DNA of 64,000 bases. Origin: Cladosporium halotolerans (taxonomy: Eukaryota). How positions within the stretch are numbered: the stretch's first letter is position 1; each line of letters opens with the position of its first letter. Both the position numbers and the translations under genes were made by a program. The notes beneath the pieces were generated by a model. That model made no database searches and was not told the origin of the DNA. It saw only the letters and a program-made list of their open reading frames with translations. The DNA lies in contig NW_027191468.1 in assembly GCF_011745625.1 (NCBI RefSeq), forward strand, positions 248,001-312,000. Reading direction: 5' to 3'. Below, piece by piece: positions 57,544-64,000 of the stretch.

Positions 57544-60500
57544 ATGAGCAATATTTGGAAGGTCGTCAGCCATGTCGACGACAAGCAGAAAGATGATCGG
57601 TCCGTTGCACAGTTAAGCGCTGTGCAAACCAGAAATGAGCGAGCTGCAACCCACTCCGACATCACGAATGGCGCTGTTCAAACTGGCGTTACCAAAAGCG
57701 TTACTAAAGTGGATGTTGACTGCATCAAGACTCCTGAAGATGCACTCCGGCTTCTTAAATCAGAACCTGCCACAGACGATCTGATTTTTACATTGCGGCG
57801 ACTCACCGCCGCTGACGGGTTCGATCAAGGGTTCGATTTGCGATCGCCAGGTCCGCTCTCTGCGCAGATAATCAACGCCATTGTCTCGTCTGTTGTACCG
57901 AACTTCTGGCCGAGCTTCAACCGGGAAGAGAGATTCCTTATCACGGAGTGCTTGGCCAGTGTAGCCGGACTGAACAGCATTGTTGCAAGGATCCAGCTAC
58001 TTTTGAAGCAAAGCAGGGCAGCTAAGGCTGATGACCAGGTTGAGGTTCTCAAGACCCTCTTTGGAGTCGCAAACGAGATTTGCACTGGGAACGACCGGAT
58101 CTTGCGCATATGGACGGGTCTCCAGGCCAGCACACGAGATAGGATCAAGCGTGATTTGGCGTGGAAGGAGCTTGCCAACCTGCTTGGATCTGGTAAAATC
58201 TCAAATGTACTGGCAGAAGCCGAGGACGTCCTGCAATCTACTGGTGGGAAAGACAAAAGATCAATCATCGCGAACAGTAATGGTTACGCAGCCTGGCTCG
58301 GTAGAAACATTGCGCACTGCTTAAGCTCGATTACTGGTGAAGGCTCAAACGAGGTGTATCCCGCTCTGAGCGTACTACTTGCTCGAGCACTCAGTCTCGG
58401 CCACCCTATTTCTTTGGTCAAGAGCTTGCATTTGCACACACTTCAAGACTCGGTCACTGTGACTGACGACTCTCTCAACGGCTTGAAAACTCTTATTAGG
58501 AACCTGCAGGCTTTTACGAAACGGCGATACCTCGACCACACCTTGAGGTGGCTGTCGAGCATAGACTCGATCACATCTGGAGTTGACAAAAAGGAGCATG
58601 GAGCTTCAAGCAATGCAACAGCTATTGCAGCTTTGTTACATGCTGTGACCAATGACGACAACGCATTACACCAGCACCTCATCGCCACCCTTTCTGACGC
58701 AGCATTAGTCTCAGCAATGTCGCTTGATGCCAGAAATGCTAGTATTGCTGTTCTGGCTGCTGATGTGTCAGACGAGCTTGACGGTATCATTGAAAAGGGA
58801 CTCAAAAGCTTTGGGGACCAGCTCTTTATCAGACACAGTCCTATACTCCAACAGGAATCGCTTGCTCAAGTCTTGCTGGTGGCATCTGGCTATGTGCACC
58901 GCCGAGAACCTATGGCTCTTCTGATGACCATACGCTCGTCTGGCCACATGCAGGGTGTGAGCAACAGGTTGGACGTGGCAAATCCTCGCGCCCGATGGCT
59001 CGGAATGGTTGTTGGGATGGCCCTGTCAAGCCTCGTTGACAAGCCAGGCTCGAAGCTAAATTTTGGCACTGAGGACATGAAAAGCGAGGAAGCGAAGTGG
59101 TATTTAAGTCTCGTCAATACTGGAGACCGGCCTGGTACGCTGCAAGAACTTCTAGACCTCGTAAAATCTTCAGAAGGACGACCGAAACGATGGAAGACCG
59201 CGCAGCCCCAGACTATGCCAAAGATAAATGGAAAGCCCACCTTTGGTCCCTTGAGGCCACCCGAGAAAAGGCAAACAGAGGTCGAGGGAGCCAGAATAGC
59301 AGAGGTGACGGGTACAGATTCAGAGGATGACGGACTGAAACCCTACGCAAAGCCGGATAGCGACGCCGAGGATAGCGAAGAAGATGCTACCCTCGTGAAC
59401 CGCCACAAGCCTCGCCCACCTGTCTACATACGAGACCTCATGGCAATGTTGAGAGACACGGAGAAGCACGACAGATTCCAGATAGGCATCAGACACGCAG
59501 CGACCCTGATTAGAAGAAAATCGAACTTTGGGAAGGAAGTCACTGATCATGCAGAAGAACTGGGTCGCATCCTCTGTGGGCTTCAAGATTCTTTCGATAC
59601 CGAAACCTTCGATGAACTTCGCTTGCAAGCTCTCATAGCTGTCGTACTCAGCGACCCGTCATCCATCGCACCCTGGCTCGGCCGCCAGGCTTTCGGAGGT
59701 GACTTTTCGATCGCGCAACGCTGCGTGATGCTCACCGCAATTGGACTCAGCGGTCGTGAGCTTGCTGGTCTCAGGGAACAGGATGGCCTCAATCCAGATT
59801 TGCCTGACGCATCCTTCCCAAGCAAGCAATTGCCCTCCCACCTCCACGCAGTGTACAGCTCAAACTCCTCCAACACCCCAACGCCCAGCAACCGCCTCGA
59901 ATCAGCCCACCGGACCCTCGAACATTCTCTCCTCCAGCCAATGGCCCTCTCAGCAGCCGACAAAAGCACCGCCCAGCTCGACGCAGTCAAAGTCCGCACT
60001 TTCTCCAGCCGCATGGAAGTCGAGCGCACAAAACGCAAACCAGCTCCCAACAAGCTGGCGCAAATCTTCGCAGAAGGCTACTTTTACCCCTTGCTGAACC
60101 GATACCAGCAGGAAATAACGTCCTATGGCAGCGGCAGCGTCTGGTCGACGACGCCCTTCCTGCTTGTCACCCTGATTAAAACGCTCGCTCTCCTCTTCCA
60201 TGCATCTGGTCCGGCGACGCTCAATCTCGCCCAGCTTAGCGCCGATTTCTGGGACTTGCTGCTCTCGCTACGCATTCGTGCGGTGGGAGACGTGACTGTT
60301 CTCGAAGCTCTGCTCTTCGCACTCTTGACGGTGTTGGAGGTGAATGAGGACAAGGGCCAGGTAGCCCAGGAGCATGCGAAGCGGCTCATTGAGACGCAGC
60401 AATGGGCGGACCTGGTATTCGAGCGTACGGGCGAGGGGAGGCTAGTGCAGCAGGAGGGCAAAGGAGAGGAGGCGAAGGTCCGCACGCTGTCTGCGGCGGT

Positions 60501-60570
60501 GTTGGTGAAGACGGGCGAGGTGATTGAAGCGCATAGGAAGATGCTCATGGGCGACATGACCGATTTCTAG
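57544..60570 (+). CDS. TEL2: Telomere length regulation / PIKK co-chaperone Tel2
   Basis: 1008-aa HEAT-like ORF with GVSNRL...RARWLGMVVG, acidic DSDAEDSEEDAT followed by PPVYIRDL...L, and FDELRLQALIA, characteristic of Tel2. Confidence 0.88.
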   Translation: MSNIWKVVSHVDDKQKDDRSVAQLSAVQTRNERAATHSDITNGAVQTGVTKSVTKVDVDCIKTPEDALRLLKSEPATDDLIFTLRRLTAADGFDQGFDLRSPGPLSAQIINAIVSSVVPNFWPSFNREERFLITECLASVAGLNSIVARIQLLLKQSRAAKADDQVEVLKTLFGVANEICTGNDRILRIWTGLQASTRDRIKRDLAWKELANLLGSGKISNVLAEAEDVLQSTGGKDKRSIIANSNGYAAWLGRNIAHCLSSITGEGSNEVYPALSVLLARALSLGHPISLVKSLHLHTLQDSVTVTDDSLNGLKTLIRNLQAFTKRRYLDHTLRWLSSIDSITSGVDKKEHGASSNATAIAALLHAVTNDDNALHQHLIATLSDAALVSAMSLDARNASIAVLAADVSDELDGIIEKGLKSFGDQLFIRHSPILQQESLAQVLLVASGYVHRREPMALLMTIRSSGHMQGVSNRLDVANPRARWLGMVVGMALSSLVDKPGSKLNFGTEDMKSEEAKWYLSLVNTGDRPGTLQELLDLVKSSEGRPKRWKTAQPQTMPKINGKPTFGPLRPPEKRQTEVEGARIAEVTGTDSEDDGLKPYAKPDSDAEDSEEDATLVNRHKPRPPVYIRDLMAMLRDTEKHDRFQIGIRHAATLIRRKSNFGKEVTDHAEELGRILCGLQDSFDTETFDELRLQALIAVVLSDPSSIAPWLGRQAFGGDFSIAQRCVMLTAIGLSGRELAGLREQDGLNPDLPDASFPSKQLPSHLHAVYSSNSSNTPTPSNRLESAHRTLEHSLLQPMALSAADKSTAQLDAVKVRTFSSRMEVERTKRKPAPNKLAQIFAEGYFYPLLNRYQQEITSYGSGSVWSTTPFLLVTLIKTLALLFHASGPATLNLAQLSADFWDLLLSLRIRAVGDVTVLEALLFALLTVLEVNEDKGQVAQEHAKRLIETQQWADLVFERTGEGRLVQQEGKGEEAKVRTLSAAVLVKTGEVIEAHRKMLMGDMTDF

Positions 60571-60862
60571 AGCGTGCTCGTATGAATGTGTGCAAAGCAA
60601 CTGAGATTAAGATTAAACACCATTCTCCAATGTCTTTCATTTGTTCCAAGTCTCGCCTGACGAGGAGAGCGTAAGTATTTCACAAAGGCATCGTGGCACG
60701 CTGCACTGCCTTCGCCGACTCATGAGTATAGTCAGTTCTACGCGATACAGGACCACCGGAAAATACCAATTTTCAACCCCCCAACACCGCGCTAAAAATC
60801 AATCAATCATCCCATTTCCCCTCTTCGTCATCTTCCATGTGTCCAAATCAGCCGAAGATCTG

Positions 60863-63800
60863 TCACTCTGGACTGCCCGCCCCACTTGATTTTCTGCTGC
60901 CCAGTTTCAACATGAGCTTCTTCCTCGGTGCCTGCAAGCCCGCACCACCGGGCGCTGTGGTTGTTGGGGAAGGCGCAGCACTCGAGGCAGCACTCTGGCT
61001 GATCTTTGATACACCGTTGTCGGCGGTGCTTATCTTCGTCTCGGTTTCAGGCTCGCGTTTGATGGTAGCCGCCGGTTCAGTCGGACCGAATGACCTGAAG
61101 CCGCCCAGATTAAGAGCCTGCGCTTGGCTCGGCGACGCTGAATAGCTTGTTGGACTGAGCACCGAGTTGCCTGTGACGTTCTCTGTCGGCGTCTGGCGTT
61201 GCTCCTTGGAACTCGCAACGTCTTGACGGCTAGTTGAGAAATGACCGTCTTTTCCAATACTGGGCAGACGTCCTGAGGTCGCATGCTTTGGCTTTGGAGG
61301 CCTTGAGAGGATGCTGGCAGCTTTGGCGCCAGCCATCTTGCCGAACTTCAATCTCACGATAGAACTTTGGTTCCGTTTCAGCACAGGCGCTGCGGAGGAT
61401 GGTGTAGACCCTCTGCGAGCCTTCGGCGCAGTACTTGGGCTCTGGCGTGGCGCAGGACTTCCGGCGAAACCGCTTGGTGTCTGTTGACGAGCCAACTTCT
61501 GCGCCTTCGGGCTGCCTTCGCGCGGTGTTTGAGAGGTGCTGGACTTTCTCTTGTGGCTCTGACCGAAGTTGAGCTTGAGAGGTGCCTTCTCGGAATTAGA
61601 CATCGGAAGAGTAGTGGGAGGAGGCATAGCAGCCTGCTGGCTCTGCGCCGCTGCTCGTGCAGCCTCAATAGCCGCCATCTTCTCAGTCTGCTCAATCTTG
61701 AGCCTCAAAGCTGCCATCTCCACTTCTGCTTTGCGCTTTTTCACCACTTCTTCGTCCAGAGGGCCACTGTATTTTAGGCCAAGCTTCTGAAGGTACTGCC
61801 AGTCTTCTATTGGCAACGCCTTTTCGGGCGCAAATCTGAACGCGCCATGCGGTACAAAGCGAACCTTGCCACGGCCCTCGTTGACCACACGCCAATGACG
61901 CGGATATTTTAGGGTGACCGCGAGTGTGACCCTAGCATCAAAGACAAGAGCGGCAATGTCGGTCAAAGCCCCAACTTCGTCGAGCGTTAGCATAGGTGAA
62001 GTCGCTGCGTACCAAAGTGCTTCCTTAAAGACAGATTCGCCTTGCAGGATGTTCTTCAAAGCTGCCAACGCTCCTTCAGGAGTCGTCTTCCTGATTGCCT
62101 CCAAGTGCCTGACTTCGTGGTTCACCTCTTGCTCAAGCACGAGCCCGGAATCGTTAACAGCCGGGGCTGGTGCTTGCTCAGCATCACCATCACCAAGAGC
62201 AATATGCCCCAGCGCTTCACCGAAGCATGCGAGAAGTTCTTGCCGGAACACGGGAGAGCGGTCATCCGCAAGCGAATGAAGGAGGTACCTCATCATCGAC
62301 ATTTTGCGCGTGATGCCAGTCTCTGTGAGACACCGGAAAGCAACCAGCCTGACATTGATTGCATTCTCCACACGAGTGTACTCGAGGAGCTCCCTAGTTT
62401 TGTCCTTGACGATGCCGGACCTGGTGAGCTTCTCCAAGCATTGAATGGCTGTCATGGAGTACACATTATGATATGTAGATATCCATTCGTCAATGCGTCG
62501 ATAGCGTTCGATCTCGCTGATGGCCTCTTTCTCAAAGTCAGCGTCAGGATTGGTGTCATCCTCCATAGGTTCGTCTTCGCCGAATTCGAAGGTGTAAGAA
62601 GCCTGCGGCTCGCGATGCGACACCACGAGGGAGTCCGCCAGACATGACATCAGAGTTGAGATGTAGTGAGCATCCGAGAACTCGTTCGTCGAGTTGTCAT
62701 TGAATTTCAGCTTGTCGACGAAGAATCGTCTGACTCCGAGGGGCACCTTGCCGTCTGCGTCCCTCAGGCTGGCCATGGATTGAGGGAGAGCGCATTGAAG
62801 GATATAGTGAATCCGGCTTGACCAATCGTTGGGCCTGGGCATGTGTGTGTTTTCAACACAGAACATTTCCGAGAACGCTTTCTCGAGTTGATATTGACCA
62901 ACCTCCTGCAGGCTGTTCTTCGCGATGACGGCAATGGCGTCCGCTGCTATCGTCCTAATGCCGTGGAAATACCGGGAGTCCATCAAAGTACGAACGAGCA
63001 CGCTCAGACTCGTTTGATGAGTGCCACAGCTCTGAATGTACTTCACACTCTCGTATTGGGCCACGAGGTCCCTATCCTGCTGCAGCTGACTGACGTACAT
63101 GTACAGTGGCAGCTGCAGATGAATTTTGCCAATCCATTCAAAGTCGGCGTCCATGCGGATCCACTCATAGCTTTCTTGACCCATCATGTTCTCTTCTTCG
63201 GGTGTCCAGTCTTTGAGCTTCCAGTCTTCTACTTCCTGGGGGGTGTCGAGGATGTCACCCAGGCAGTAGAGCAAAGAATCGTCGCCGCCGGTACCGCCAT
63301 CTTCGCCACCTGCTGTAGCCATGGCACGCTCTTTTTGCCGTCTTGACCGCTTCAGTCGCTTGTACTTCGTATTGTACGGAATATCCAGTCTTGTGACTTG
63401 CTCTTTGATATCGATGATGTGCTCGTACGGCGTGCCATCTGCTTCGTGAATGCGGACGGTCATCGGACCAGTGAATACCGGCTGGACCTCCGGCGCCCAG
63501 ACTTCTCCGACATGTTCCTTGATTTCGCGCATAAAATTACCGGGCTCGAACTCAGGTTTTGTCATGCGCTCGACTTGGCGCTGTGTGATTGTCATCTCGA
63601 CAACGAGTTTTTTCTTGTTGAACCGCTGACGAACGTCGAAGATTGGACATCCTGCGTGGTAGACCCACTGCTTGAAGAAGGATTCAAGCTTGTTATGGCC
63701 CAATTTCTCGCAAGTCCGCATGAAGTCGTTGGTCGAAAGCTCACCGTTGCTCAGTTTTCCAGTCTTCACATCGAGAAAAATCCTATTAATAATACGTGTG

Positions 63801-64000
63801 ATGCCGGAAGAGCTGCTCGCTTTGATAAGTCGTCGGTCGAGGATGGCAAGGACTAGTGCTGATTTGAGGTCGACAAACTCGCGTATGGTCGGGTCGAGGT
63901 GGAGTAGAGAGCCGAGCTGTTGAAGCGATGGTCTTTCCACATCGAGCTCGTACACCTTGTCTGCAGCTTGCTTCTGACTCCAGCGATACTCGTTGTTACC
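60863..64000 (-). CDS. TAF2: TFIID subunit Taf2 (aminopeptidase-like), 5'-truncated at the window edge
   Basis: FFKQWVYHAGCP, FTGPMTVRIHEADGTPYEH, YEWIRMDADFEWI, QQDRDLVAQYE and LKFNDNSTNEFSD. The frame stays open to base 64000. Confidence 0.95.
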   Translation of the reverse strand, partial: GNNEYRWSQKQAADKVYELDVERPSLQQLGSLLHLDPTIREFVDLKSALVLAILDRRLIKASSSSGITRIINRIFLDVKTGKLSNGELSTNDFMRTCEKLGHNKLESFFKQWVYHAGCPIFDVRQRFNKKKLVVEMTITQRQVERMTKPEFEPGNFMREIKEHVGEVWAPEVQPVFTGPMTVRIHEADGTPYEHIIDIKEQVTRLDIPYNTKYKRLKRSRRQKERAMATAGGEDGGTGGDDSLLYCLGDILDTPQEVEDWKLKDWTPEEENMMGQESYEWIRMDADFEWIGKIHLQLPLYMYVSQLQQDRDLVAQYESVKYIQSCGTHQTSLSVLVRTLMDSRYFHGIRTIAADAIAVIAKNSLQEVGQYQLEKAFSEMFCVENTHMPRPNDWSSRIHYILQCALPQSMASLRDADGKVPLGVRRFFVDKLKFNDNSTNEFSDAHYISTLMSCLADSLVVSHREPQASYTFEFGEDEPMEDDTNPDADFEKEAISEIERYRRIDEWISTYHNVYSMTAIQCLEKLTRSGIVKDKTRELLEYTRVENAINVRLVAFRCLTETGITRKMSMMRYLLHSLADDRSPVFRQELLACFGEALGHIALGDGDAEQAPAPAVNDSGLVLEQEVNHEVRHLEAIRKTTPEGALAALKNILQGESVFKEALWYAATSPMLTLDEVGALTDIAALVFDARVTLAVTLKYPRHWRVVNEGRGKVRFVPHGAFRFAPEKALPIEDWQYLQKLGLKYSGPLDEEVVKKRKAEVEMAALRLKIEQTEKMAAIEAARAAAQSQQAAMPPPTTLPMSNSEKAPLKLNFGQSHKRKSSTSQTPREGSPKAQKLARQQTPSGFAGSPAPRQSPSTAPKARRGSTPSSAAPVLKRNQSSIVRLKFGKMAGAKAASILSRPPKPKHATSGRLPSIGKDGHFSTSRQDVASSKEQRQTPTENVTGNSVLSPTSYSASPSQAQALNLGGFRSFGPTEPAATIKREPETETKISTADNGVSKISQSAASSAAPSPTTTAPGGAGLQAPRKKLMLKLGSRKSSGAGSPE

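Overview
Eukaryotic DNA from a filamentous ascomycete. GT-AG introns with CTRAC/CTAAC branch points, high GC3 and the gene content suggest a Dothideomycete, which is inference. The region is gene-dense and mostly housekeeping, with about 25 protein-coding genes. In order: a partial unknown CDS, calnexin, a GYF-domain protein, a small Tyr/Gly/Asp-rich orphan, RPL12, SEC62, an ankyrin-repeat protein, SRF1, Hsp110 (SSE1/HSP88), a cPLA2-like phospholipase, EXO70, a RING-H2 E3 ligase, a degenerate cyclin-like protein, a small RRQSW-motif protein, UPF2, KRE6/SKN1, PEP7/VAC1, MET8, a DHA1-type MFS transporter, a CDC1-like phosphoesterase, an NmrA-like oxidoreductase, MDE1, UBA3, TEL2 and a partial TAF2. 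I worked out exon/intron structures by hand. The ORF track misses several features: (1) an intron-containing tRNA-Phe(GAA) gene nested sense inside the long first intron of SRF1, with a non-canonical C15-A48 Levitt pair and strong upstream hairpins; (2) two apparently retainable, stop-poor introns at the 3' end of UPF2 that would give alternative C-termini; (3) a ~190 bp MITE/fold-back-like element with internal ATGTCGAGTC repeats; (4) three telomere-type repeats in the UBA3/TEL2 bidirectional promoter; (5) a recurrent C-rich to G-rich switch at gene 3' ends. No CRISPR array, rRNA gene or intact transposase was seen. No database searches were run, so product calls rest on recognised motifs.
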